DNA of 64,000 nt from the NCBI GenBank assembly GCA_964496095.1, contig CAZBWU010000001.1, forward strand, positions 185,474 to 249,473. Direction: 5' to 3'. The position numbers were made by a program, and so were the translations under genes. Shown here piece after piece: positions 49,815 through 58,727 of the stretch. The notes beneath the pieces are model-generated. The model ran no database searches. It was not told the DNA's origin and saw only the letters and a list, made by a program, of their open reading frames with translations. Origin of the DNA: an uncultured Gammaproteobacteria bacterium (lineage in GTDB: Bacteria; Patescibacteriota; Patescibacteriia; Magasanikbacterales; GWA2-37-8). Positions within the stretch are counted from its first letter, which is position 1. Every line of letters begins with the position of its first letter.

Positions 49815-49922
49815 TGTCATTCCGAACCCTTATTTTTATGGGGTGAGGAATCTATTCCTATTAAATTATAAAATAATTCAGTATAGATCCCTCGTCGGCT
49901 ACGGCCTCGCTCGGGATGACAA
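49815..49922. repeat. TGTCAT-TIR element copy (intergenic infB-trxA)
   Basis: TGTCATTCCGAACCC...GAGGAATCTATTCC...GATCCCTCGTCGGCTACGGCCTCGCTCGGGATGACAA. Confidence 0.8.
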
Positions 49923-49959
49923 TTTTAATTATAAATTTTAATTCTTAACTCTATTTTGT

Positions 49960-50286
49960 ATGGAACACACATTTACCGACGCAAATTTTAATGAAGAAGT
50001 TTTGAAATCAAGCACCCCAGTGTTTGTCGATTTTTGGGCTCCTTGGTGTGGTCCTTGTCAGATTATGGGTCCGATTGTAGAAGAAATGGCCAAGACTTAT
50101 GAAGGCAAAAATATTAAAATCGGCAAATGTAATGTAGATGAGAATCCTGAGATTGCCGGCAAGTATAATATAATGAGCATTCCTTCGTTTTTGGTGTTCA
50201 AAAACGGCGAAGCGGTTGATCAGGTTGTTGGCGGTGTGCAAAAAGAAAAACTTACTGCTATGGTTGATAAACAGATTGCAGGATAA
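49960..50286 (+). CDS. trxA: Thioredoxin
   Basis: 108 aa; WAPWCGPCQ active site. Confidence 0.93.
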   Translation: MEHTFTDANFNEEVLKSSTPVFVDFWAPWCGPCQIMGPIVEEMAKTYEGKNIKIGKCNVDENPEIAGKYNIMSIPSFLVFKNGEAVDQVVGGVQKEKLTAMVDKQIAG

Positions 50287-50324
50287 AGGTGAGTGGTATA
50301 AGTTTAAAGTATATATTAAAGAAG

Positions 50325-50347
50325 ACAGGCGAAAGCCTGTTTTTTCT
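50325..50347 (+). terminator. Rho-independent terminator after trxA
   Basis: ACAGGCGAAAGCCTGT hairpin + TTTTTT. Confidence 0.7.
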
Positions 50348-50411
50348 TGATTATTTATGGAAAAGTAATTATACTAACATAACTACTCAATTTATTTAAG
50401 GCTTAGTTAGG

Positions 50412-50460
50412 TGTCATTCTGAACAGAGTGAAGAATCCCTCCACTACGGTCGGGATGACA
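50412..50460. repeat. Minimal (49-nt) TGTCAT-TIR element copy immediately 5' of leuS
   Basis: TGTCATTCTGAACAGAGTGAAGAATCCCTCCACTACGGTCGGGATGACA - both termini present. Confidence 0.8.
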
Positions 50461-50469
50461 AAAAAATCT

Positions 50470-53400
50470 ATGAAGAAATACGACCCAAAAAAAATAGAAG
50501 CAAAATGGCAAAAGTATTGGGAGAAAAATAAAACTTTTGAAGTTACGGAAGATCCAAAGCGTGAGAAGTTTTATGGTTTGATTGAGTTTCCTTATCCAAG
50601 TGGGGAAGGTTTGCACGTCGGGCATCCGCGTTCAAACACAGCGATGGATGTTATTTCCCGTAAGAAAAGAATGGAAGGAAAAAATGTTTTGTTCCCGATC
50701 GGGTTTGATGCGTTTGGATTACCAACTGAAAATTTTGCAATCAAAACAGGTAAGCCACCAGCCGAAGTGACCAAAAAAAATATTGCCAATTTTACTCGTC
50801 AGCTCAAAATGCTTGGTTTTAGTTTTGACTGGTCCAGGCAAGTTGACACTACCGATCCGCAATACTACAAATGGACTCAGTGGTTATTTTTGCAATTTTT
50901 CAAACACGGACTAGCTTATAAAAAAAATCAACCGATTAACTGGTGTCCGAAAGATAAAATTGGTTTGGCTAATGAAGAAGTTGTGGGCGGTTGTTGTGAG
51001 CGGTGTGGTACGCCGGTAGAAACAAAAAATAAAGAACAGTGGATGCTCGCTATTACCAAGTATGCTGACAAGCTTTTGGCAGGCCTAAAAGATGTAGATT
51101 ATATTGAGCGCGCTCGATTGCAACAAGAAAATTGGATTGGTAAAAGTGAAGGCGCCGAAGTTGTTTTTCCTTTGCGTGTGTCTGGACAAGTTGACGGCAA
51201 ATACACCGTAAAAGTTTTTACTACTCGTCCTGATACTATTTTTGGCGCAACTTTTATTGCTATCTCCGCCGACTTGGCCAAGGAGTGGGTTGGAGCTGGT
51301 TGGAGTCCAAGCGAAGAAATAAAAAATTATATTACTGAAGTTTTAAAAGTCCGCACTACGACCAACACTCGTGAAGAGCAAGAAAAAACTGGAGTCAGTG
51401 CTGGGGTAATGGCTATCAATCCAGTTTCAAAAGAAGAAATTCCAGTTTGGATTACCAATTATGTAATGGGTGGAGTAGGCACGGGTGCGATTATGGGAGT
51501 ACCAGCGCACGATGAACGCGATTTTGATTTTGCGAAGAAGTTTGGCTTGTCTGTTAAGCAAGTAGTAAAAAATCTAAATGAAAAACCAAAGTATTTAGTT
51601 TTTGATTTTGATGGGGTGATTGGGGATACGATTGAAGAGGGCGTTAAGGTAAATATGGCTCTTGATACAATTTCTGAAGAACAAGCAAGAAAAAATATAC
51701 ATGAGTATTTTAGCAGGAAGCCAAGCCATGCAAAGGGCCATACTTTGACTGATGATGAGTTAGAGAAGAGAGCTGATTGGATAAAAAGGTATGGTGAAAT
51801 AATGTTTAAATTAAACCCACCTCTGTTTGATGATTTTATTAAGGCTATAAAAAATATATCAAACATAAAGATTGCGGTAATTTCCGCCGGTTCAGGTTTG
51901 TATATCAAAAATCGTATGCCTGAGACTGATTTAAACCCGACTCATGTTTTGACATACGAAGACCACCATTCAAAGGAACAAAAAATCGAGCAGGTATGTA
52001 AGGATTGGGGAGTGTCTATGCAAGATGTATATTATTTTACTGATACCAAAGCGGATGTCTATGAACTAGAAAATTGCTTAGATAGAAAAAAAATTATTGG
52101 TTGTGCTTGGGGTTATTCCGGTTATGATGGTTTGCGTGAACTTTTGCCGGAAAATCAAGTGTTGAAAAATTTTACTGATATAAATAATCTGTTTACAGAT
52201 GGACCGTATACCGAAGATGGTGTAGCGGTTAATTCCGATTTTCTCAATGGTCTAAAAACAGATGAAGCTAAAATAAAAATGATAAGTTGGTTGGAAGAAA
52301 ATAAAATTGGTAAGAAACAAATAAATTATAAACTACGTGATTGGGTATTTTCTCGCCAGCGTTATTGGGGTGAGCCGATTCCACTTGTATATTGTGAAAA
52401 ATGTGCTGGCTGGATTCCGCTACCTGAGAGCGAACTACCTCTTAAACTTCCTAAAGTAGAAAAATATCAACCAACAGACAATGGCGAATCACCGCTCGCC
52501 GCCATGGAAAAATGGGTAAAGACAAAATGTCCGCAGTGTGGCGGTCCGGCCAGAAGAGAAACAGATACGATGCCAAATTGGGCAGGCTCTTCTTGGTATT
52601 TCTTGGCCTATGCTTTGGGTGGGGAAAAAGGTTTGAAAGAGAGAGGTGATAAGTTTTGGGATAAAGAATTATTAAAACAGTGGATGCCGATAGATTGGTA
52701 TAATGGGGGAATGGAACATACGGTTTTACACCTACTTTATTCTCGTTTTTGGAATATATTTTTGCATGATATTGGACTGGTGCCTACAAGTGAGCCGTAT
52801 AAAAAACGCACTTCCCACGGCATGATCTTGGCCAAAGGCGGAGAGAAGATGAGCAAGTCAAAAGGCAATGTGGTGAATCCCGATGAGATGGTAGAGCAGT
52901 TTGGCGCGGATGCCCTGCGTACCTATATTATGTTTATGGGTCCGTTTGATCAGGCAGTGGAGTGGGATACGAATGGGTTAATAGGAGTGAAACGATTTTT
53001 GGATAAGGTGTGGAATTATGCTATCGATAGATTACCTTCGGTTCCCAAGGAACGGAGGGATACAAGTGCCTTGACTAAGCTTCATCAAACAATTAAGAAA
53101 GTTAGTGAAGGTATTGATTCTATGAAATTCAATACCGCAATTGCATCGATGATGGAGTTTATGAATACTATTTATAAACCACTTGAAGATGGTAAGGTTG
53201 TTAGCGAGCCAGCGCCACTTATCGGTGAGCAAGATTTTATTAAGTTTTTAAAATTACTTTCTCCTTTTGCTCCACATATGTGTGAAGAAATTTGGAGTCA
53301 GCTTGGAAACAAAAACACTTTGGTCTTTGAACCTTGGCCAGAATACGATGAGGCCTTGACCAAAGAAAGTGAAATTACACTAGCTGTACAAGTAAATGGG

Positions 53401-53556
53401 AAATTGCGCGATACGATAACGGTACAGGCTGATATCTCGGAGGAAGAAGCAAAGAAAATAGTTTTGGCTAGTGAGAAAATTCAGAAGTGGTTGGAAGGCA
53501 AAGAACCCAAGAAAATTATTTACGTAAAAGGGAAGTTGGTGAGTATGGTTGTTTAA
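50470..53556 (+). CDS. leuS: Leucine--tRNA ligase with inserted HAD-like domain
   Basis: 1028 aa from ATG 50470 (MKKYDPKKIEAKWQKYW; ORF track start 50428 lies inside the repeat element); HIGH-region (PYPSGEGLHVGH), editing domain (TTRPDT), KMSKS; extra about 200-aa HAD-like segment between VPAHDERDFDFA and the NYKLRDW region. Confidence 0.9.
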   Translation: MKKYDPKKIEAKWQKYWEKNKTFEVTEDPKREKFYGLIEFPYPSGEGLHVGHPRSNTAMDVISRKKRMEGKNVLFPIGFDAFGLPTENFAIKTGKPPAEVTKKNIANFTRQLKMLGFSFDWSRQVDTTDPQYYKWTQWLFLQFFKHGLAYKKNQPINWCPKDKIGLANEEVVGGCCERCGTPVETKNKEQWMLAITKYADKLLAGLKDVDYIERARLQQENWIGKSEGAEVVFPLRVSGQVDGKYTVKVFTTRPDTIFGATFIAISADLAKEWVGAGWSPSEEIKNYITEVLKVRTTTNTREEQEKTGVSAGVMAINPVSKEEIPVWITNYVMGGVGTGAIMGVPAHDERDFDFAKKFGLSVKQVVKNLNEKPKYLVFDFDGVIGDTIEEGVKVNMALDTISEEQARKNIHEYFSRKPSHAKGHTLTDDELEKRADWIKRYGEIMFKLNPPLFDDFIKAIKNISNIKIAVISAGSGLYIKNRMPETDLNPTHVLTYEDHHSKEQKIEQVCKDWGVSMQDVYYFTDTKADVYELENCLDRKKIIGCAWGYSGYDGLRELLPENQVLKNFTDINNLFTDGPYTEDGVAVNSDFLNGLKTDEAKIKMISWLEENKIGKKQINYKLRDWVFSRQRYWGEPIPLVYCEKCAGWIPLPESELPLKLPKVEKYQPTDNGESPLAAMEKWVKTKCPQCGGPARRETDTMPNWAGSSWYFLAYALGGEKGLKERGDKFWDKELLKQWMPIDWYNGGMEHTVLHLLYSRFWNIFLHDIGLVPTSEPYKKRTSHGMILAKGGEKMSKSKGNVVNPDEMVEQFGADALRTYIMFMGPFDQAVEWDTNGLIGVKRFLDKVWNYAIDRLPSVPKERRDTSALTKLHQTIKKVSEGIDSMKFNTAIASMMEFMNTIYKPLEDGKVVSEPAPLIGEQDFIKFLKLLSPFAPHMCEEIWSQLGNKNTLVFEPWPEYDEALTKESEITLAVQVNGKLRDTITVQADISEEEAKKIVLASEKIQKWLEGKEPKKIIYVKGKLVSMVV

Positions 53557-53914
53557 ATTTATGAATTCTCTTAAGCAAATTTTAAAGCTTATATTAGTTG
53601 CTCTTGCTACTATTATATCAACCGTAGTCATTATGGTAGGCGGTATGTTTGGAATTACAAAATTTATGGCCTACCGTAATACCATGTATGCGGAACATTT
53701 TAATCAAGGGACTTTTGATTCTATCTTTGTAGGAATTTCTATGGATGATGTCCAAAAAATATTAGGACAACCTCTATCTATCTCCAAAAATGATGCTGGT
53801 TTTGAGTATCATTGGTATTCAAAACCTAAAAAAAGCAGTGATTATTATATAAAATTAATAATCTATCAAAATAATAGAGTGATTGACATGCAGGAGAAAT
53901 ATTATGTAGATTAG
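53549..53914 (+). CDS. Small hypothetical membrane protein
   Basis: 121 aa; N-terminal TM helix; 8-nt overlap with leuS end. Confidence 0.4.
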   Translation: MFKFMNSLKQILKLILVALATIISTVVIMVGGMFGITKFMAYRNTMYAEHFNQGTFDSIFVGISMDDVQKILGQPLSISKNDAGFEYHWYSKPKKSSDYYIKLIIYQNNRVIDMQEKYYVD

Positions 53915-53916
53915 TT

Positions 53917-55545
53917 ATGCTCAAGGAGGGGCTAGAACAAATCATCAAGAGCAAAAGTAAAACATTTCTCGCGTTTTGTTTTTGTTTTATTTTAGGCGCA
54001 GGTATTTTTTCTTTGTTTGAAGGCAAAGAATTTTTGTTTTATCTCCATATTTTATTATTTGCAATTTTGTTTTTTGTTATTATCTTCTGGTCAAAAAAAG
54101 AGTATCGGTTTTATTGTCTATGTCTGTTAGTTTTTGTGTTAGGTGGAATTAGATTTTTCCTGACAATTCCTGGGAAAGATGCAGATAGGATAGATTTTTA
54201 TAATGGTAGTAAAAAGATTATTAAAGGGTTTGTGGTGCGTGAACCGGATATTGGAGTAAGTGATGCGAGGTATGTGGTGCGGGTAGAAGCAATCGCTAAT
54301 CAGCCTGTCATTACGATGACGAAGGAGGAATCTCTGTCCAAATCAAAAATTAGACAGAGATCCCTCCGGGGCGTAAACCCCACTCAGGATGACAATCAGA
54401 GAGAGCGAGCCTCGGGAAATATTATGATTAAGACGTTAATTTATCCCGAATATAAATATGGCGATCAATTGGAAGTTAGTTGCCTTCTTCAAGAACCAAC
54501 AAATTTTGCAGATAGTGATTTCAATTATAAAAAATATCTAGCCAAACAAGATGTGTGGTCAACTTGTGCCAATCCGCAAATAAAAAAGGTGGGTGCAGGT
54601 AAAGGCAATTTTTTTATCAGTGCAATGTTGAAAATGAAAAGTAGAATAACTTTGCAGATGGCCAAACTTTGGCCTGAGCCAAGCAATAGTCTGATGGCCG
54701 GGATTTTATATGGCGCTCGCAGCGGTTTGCCCGATGATTTAACAACTAATTTTAGTCGTACGGGTGTGACTCATATTGTCGCTGTTTCCGGATATAATGT
54801 GAGTATCATAGTTGTAGTTTTAAATTCAATTTTAATTTATCTTGGATTATTTCGTAAACAATCTTTTTGGTCCTTAGTATTTTTGATTTTAGCCTTTGTC
54901 TTTTTCACTGGCGCTACCGCTTCGGTCGTGCGAGCGGGAATAATGGCGGTGATTGTTTTATTGTCTCAATATTTGGGTCGGCTATCGGCGGTGGGTAGGG
55001 TACTTGTCTATGCGGTTGTGGTGATGCTTATTTTTAATCCCTATCTGTTGATGTGGGATGCGGGCTTTCAGTTATCATTCCTGTCTACTTTGGGGTTGGT
55101 TTATTTGGTGCCTATTTTTGAGCCATTGACTGAAAAGATAAAAGTGACTGGTACTAGCGTGATGTTACTTGAAGTTTTTACGACCACGATGGCTGCGATT
55201 ATGGCTACTATGCCGTTAATTATGCATCAGTTTGGGAGGTTTTCGGTGGTGGCGCCTTTAGTAAATATTTTGGTTTTGTGGATTATTCCTTGGCTGATGT
55301 TGTTTGGGTTTTTGTCTTTGATTTTAAGCCTTGTATTTTTTCCGTTGGGTCAGCTGGTTGCCTGGGTGGCGGGTTTGGGAGTACGATATGTTATAATTGT
55401 TGTAGATTGGTTTGGAAATAAAAGTTGGAGTGCGGTTGATATGAAGATTTCTTTATTAACGATGATATTTATTTATCTCGTACTTATACTTTTTGTCACC
55501 AAAAAGTATCAAAAAGTGTTGGGGCGGCAGAACTCGCCTCATTAA
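53917..55545 (+). CDS. comEC: ComEC/Rec2 competence channel protein (membrane part; DUF4131 + competence domain)
   Basis: 542 aa; many TM helices; competence-domain signature region GILYGARSGLPDDL...TGVTHIVAVSGYNVSII; carries in-frame repeat-element insertion. Confidence 0.8.
   Translation: MLKEGLEQIIKSKSKTFLAFCFCFILGAGIFSLFEGKEFLFYLHILLFAILFFVIIFWSKKEYRFYCLCLLVFVLGGIRFFLTIPGKDADRIDFYNGSKKIIKGFVVREPDIGVSDARYVVRVEAIANQPVITMTKEESLSKSKIRQRSLRGVNPTQDDNQRERASGNIMIKTLIYPEYKYGDQLEVSCLLQEPTNFADSDFNYKKYLAKQDVWSTCANPQIKKVGAGKGNFFISAMLKMKSRITLQMAKLWPEPSNSLMAGILYGARSGLPDDLTTNFSRTGVTHIVAVSGYNVSIIVVVLNSILIYLGLFRKQSFWSLVFLILAFVFFTGATASVVRAGIMAVIVLLSQYLGRLSAVGRVLVYAVVVMLIFNPYLLMWDAGFQLSFLSTLGLVYLVPIFEPLTEKIKVTGTSVMLLEVFTTTMAAIMATMPLIMHQFGRFSVVAPLVNILVLWIIPWLMLFGFLSLILSLVFFPLGQLVAWVAGLGVRYVIIVVDWFGNKSWSAVDMKISLLTMIFIYLVLILFVTKKYQKVLGRQNSPH
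54306..54394. repeat. TGTCAT-TIR element copy, in-frame inside comEC
   Basis: TGTCATTACGATGACGAAGGAGGAATCTCTGTCC...GACAGAGATCCCTCCGGGGCGTAAACCCCACTCAGGATGACAA; encodes ...EESLSKSKIRQRSLRGVNPTQDDNQ... Confidence 0.8.
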
Positions 55546-55626
55546 AATGCTTGTTTTGCAAATGTGTGAGCTCAGACAGCTGCCACCCCAAACCCCATGT
55601 ACAAGTAGTAATGTTTTTACATTTAT

Positions 55627-56235
55627 ATGTCAAAAAAAATAAAAGTATTTTCTTCAGACCAGGGCTATGATTTGGCTGCGGAGTTTTATGATCAAAAAGA
55701 AAAGTACCTCAATAGTTTTGAGCAGAATAAAATTTTGCCACTGTTGGGAGATGTTAAGAATAAAAAAGTTTTGGATATTGGAGCGGGGACTGGTCGTCTG
55801 TCTTTGCAACTGGCAAAAGGCGGAGCGCAAGTAATGGCTTTGGATGTGTCGGAAAAAATGCTAGAGCTGGTTAAAAGAAAAAATCACAAGGTTCAAACAA
55901 CGGTAGCTGATGCCGAGAATTTACCTTTTGAAAATAATAGTTTTGATGTAGTGACCGCGGCTTTTTTGATTGTCCATCTCAAAGATCCAGCCAGATTTTT
56001 TGATGAAGTCTATAGAATTCTTAAAGACGGGGGAAAATTTGTAGTAACAAATATTAATCAAAAAGATCCTCCAGAAGTAAAAACCAAAGAGGGGAATATT
56101 ATTATTGAATCTTTTTATCATCGGCCAGAAAAAATAAAAGAGATCCTGGAGTCACTGGCTTTTCAAGTTGAACAAGAAATTTTTGTAAAAGAAAATGAGA
56201 TTTGGGTTAATCAAATTTTATTGGTAAGAAAGTAA
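55627..56235 (+). CDS. Class I SAM-dependent methyltransferase
   Basis: 202 aa; motif I VLDIGAGTGRLS, motif post-I LDVSEKM, acidic D at ADAENLPF. Confidence 0.8.
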   Translation: MSKKIKVFSSDQGYDLAAEFYDQKEKYLNSFEQNKILPLLGDVKNKKVLDIGAGTGRLSLQLAKGGAQVMALDVSEKMLELVKRKNHKVQTTVADAENLPFENNSFDVVTAAFLIVHLKDPARFFDEVYRILKDGGKFVVTNINQKDPPEVKTKEGNIIIESFYHRPEKIKEILESLAFQVEQEIFVKENEIWVNQILLVRK

Positions 56236-56240
56236 ATATT

Positions 56241-56828
56241 ATGAAGTTGCTCAAACACAGTACAAAAAATAAAGTTATTTTTATATGGCTATTAGTTTTA
56301 GCCACGGTTCTTTATTTATATTTTTTTAAAAGTGATTTTATAATGGCGCAAATTACTAACATTCGCCACTTGCCACTGTTTTGGCTGTGCACGGTCTATC
56401 TTGTTATCAATTGTTTAAGGGGTTTCACATTTATACCAGTTACCTATACTATGATTCTCGGGTTGGTATTTTTACCAGCGCCAGCCGTGTATATTTTGAC
56501 CATTATCGGAGTCGGAACTTCCGCAACCTCTATTTACTATTTTTCTGAGTATTTGAGCCTAGGAAATTATTTCAAACAGAATTATCCGACAGTCATTGCC
56601 AAGTTAACCAATATTTTAAAAAAATACGAACTTCCGATTATCACCGTTTGGAGCTTCTTACCATTTTTAGCAACCGATGCTATGTGTTATGTATGTGGCA
56701 CACTGCGGATTAATTTTAAGAAATTTATTATTGGGGTTTTGTTGGGTGAAGGAGTTTTTTGCGCCCTTTTTATTTTTTTAGGCAAAGATTTTGCAGTTTT
56801 TATTACTCGTAAAATTTTTGGTTTATAA
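56241..56828 (+). CDS. DedA/TVP38 (VTT-domain) family membrane protein
   Basis: 195 aa; multiple TM, conserved FLPFLATDAMCYVCG-type segment. Confidence 0.6.
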   Translation: MKLLKHSTKNKVIFIWLLVLATVLYLYFFKSDFIMAQITNIRHLPLFWLCTVYLVINCLRGFTFIPVTYTMILGLVFLPAPAVYILTIIGVGTSATSIYYFSEYLSLGNYFKQNYPTVIAKLTNILKKYELPIITVWSFLPFLATDAMCYVCGTLRINFKKFIIGVLLGEGVFCALFIFLGKDFAVFITRKIFGL

Positions 56829-56831
56829 ACC

Positions 56832-57695
56832 ATGTCCAAAGACAAAAAAATACTTCTAATCCCGTTTATATTTCTCATCTTGCTTTTAGGGTGTGTTTTT
56901 TATTATCACTATAATAATCTTCGCCCATCTGAGTTCAAAGTCAATTTTTTGGATATTGGTCAGGGTGACGCAACTCTTATTCTATTTAACAATGGCCAAA
57001 AAATGTTGGTAGATTGTGGTAAAGACAAAAAGATTTTATCCAGACTTGGTGAGGCTATGCCTTTTTATGATCGCACGATAGATTTTTTGATAGCTACTCA
57101 TCCTGATTTGGATCATTATGGTGGCTGTATTGATGTGCTCAAAAATTACAAAGTCAAAGAAATTATTCTTAATGGCGGTCAGAAACAATATGACCCATAT
57201 TGGCGGACGTGGGATCAAGCCGTGCAAAATGAAGGCGCAATCATAAAAATTATAAATAAGGCGGAAGTTTGGACAATCGGTAGTTCCACTTTGGAATTTT
57301 TATCGCCTGATAAGTCTTTGGTTTTAAATGTTCCGGCAGACGACAGTAATAATTATTCAATTGTTTTTAGATTAAAAAATAATGGTGAGAATTTCTTGTT
57401 TACAGCTGATATGGAAGTGCCGCTAGAAAATGCATTATTAAATAAGTATTGCATTGTCACTTCTACCGAACCCTGTCCCGCCCTCCAAGCATATATTCTC
57501 AAAGTCGGCCATCACGGTAGTGACAGTTCTTCGGGTGAAGATTTTTTGCGAGCAGTGGGAGCTAAGATCGGTATTATTTCTGTGGGTGTAAATAACAAGT
57601 ACGGTCATCCGTCTCGACGCGTGATGAAGAAATTAGAAAGAGCGGGAATGGAGATTTTGCGGACGGATCAGTTAGGGAGTATTTTTGAATATTAA
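56832..57695 (+). CDS. ComEC-type metallo-beta-lactamase domain protein (stand-alone C-terminal ComEC nuclease-like domain)
   Basis: 287 aa; N-terminal TM; MBL motif DFLIATHPDLDHYGG, later KVGHHGSDSS; resembles the C-terminal lactamase_B domain of ComEC/Rec2. Confidence 0.7.
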   Translation: MSKDKKILLIPFIFLILLLGCVFYYHYNNLRPSEFKVNFLDIGQGDATLILFNNGQKMLVDCGKDKKILSRLGEAMPFYDRTIDFLIATHPDLDHYGGCIDVLKNYKVKEIILNGGQKQYDPYWRTWDQAVQNEGAIIKIINKAEVWTIGSSTLEFLSPDKSLVLNVPADDSNNYSIVFRLKNNGENFLFTADMEVPLENALLNKYCIVTSTEPCPALQAYILKVGHHGSDSSSGEDFLRAVGAKIGIISVGVNNKYGHPSRRVMKKLERAGMEILRTDQLGSIFEY

Positions 57696-58602
57696 TTTTA
57701 TGTTAGAAAAATGTTCAGTTATACTTTGTACCTTCAACCGGATTGATTATTTAAAAAAATCTATTCCAGCCCTATTAAGTTTGGATTATTTAGATTATGA
57801 AATAATTATAGTAAATGACGGATCAAGTGATGGCACAAAAATTTATTTAGATAGTTTGATAAATAATCCTAAAATTAAAGTTATCCATAATGAAAAAAAT
57901 TTAGGACTGAGCCTTTCCAGAAATATTGGTATACGTAAGGCTAGTTATGAAGTGGTGGCTTTTACTGACGATGATTGTGTGGTTGATAAAAATTGGTTAA
58001 AGTTTTTATTAAAAGGGTTTGAAGATAAAAGTGTTGGATTTGTGATTGGTCAAACTTTTTATGTGGCGCAAAATTATAAGGGTTATTTCCCCGAGAGGTT
58101 AGTGCAAAATATTGGAGCTAAGTGGCCAATGGGTTGCAATATCGCTTATAGAAAAAATGTTTTTGAAAAGTTTGGTTATTTTGAAGACAGATTTTTTAGA
58201 TTTGGTAACGAAGATTCAGAGATGGCTATTCGGGTTGTGGCGAGTGGATTAACTTTTACTAGGGAAGTAGAGGCTGTTATTTTTCACCAGGCGATGAATT
58301 GGCAAGTGCCACAACTATTGCGGTCGGCGCATAATTTTTCTGTATGGCCTTTATTAAAAAAAATGTATCCCAATCATTATTTATGCTTTGGGCCAAAAAT
58401 TAAATTTGGTTTTATTGTTGATGCCCGCGATTATCTGTATTTTTTGTTTTTGCCTATTTTTCTGCCTGTCTTATTTGCCCGTTATTTGTTACACGGCAAA
58501 AGGGATTTGAAAATATTTTTTACCAAATGGCCGGTTTATCTATTGTTAAAAAGGTACTATATTTACCGGGAGGCTGTTCGTCAAAGAACCTTTATGATTT
58601 AA
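57685..58602 (+). CDS. Family 2 glycosyltransferase
   Basis: 305 aa; CSVILCTFNR...EIIIVNDGSSDGT, DDD region FTDDDC. Confidence 0.8.
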   Translation: MNINFMLEKCSVILCTFNRIDYLKKSIPALLSLDYLDYEIIIVNDGSSDGTKIYLDSLINNPKIKVIHNEKNLGLSLSRNIGIRKASYEVVAFTDDDCVVDKNWLKFLLKGFEDKSVGFVIGQTFYVAQNYKGYFPERLVQNIGAKWPMGCNIAYRKNVFEKFGYFEDRFFRFGNEDSEMAIRVVASGLTFTREVEAVIFHQAMNWQVPQLLRSAHNFSVWPLLKKMYPNHYLCFGPKIKFGFIVDARDYLYFLFLPIFLPVLFARYLLHGKRDLKIFFTKWPVYLLLKRYYIYREAVRQRTFMI

Positions 58603-58645
58603 CGCTTGACTTTCTGGTCTGAGTATGTTATTCTTTAAGTATCAA

Positions 58646-58677
58646 AAAGAGCTTTCATAAAGAAATGCTCTTTTTTG
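58646..58677 (+). terminator. Rho-independent terminator
   Basis: AAAGAGCTTTCATAAAGAAATGCTCTTTTTTG. Confidence 0.55.
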
Positions 58678-58727
58678 TTAGCCATTTTTATGGTATCATT
58701 TATTAACTTAAGTAATAAAGTAAAAAT

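Noticed and set aside
50428-50469. Upstream in-frame ATGs extending the leuS ORF (track start 50428; ATG at 50455 lies within the repeat-element terminus GATGACA)
   Set aside because: The conserved LeuS N-terminus (MKKYDPKKIEAKWQKYW) begins at 50470. The extension is encoded by the repeat element and is most likely 5'-UTR.
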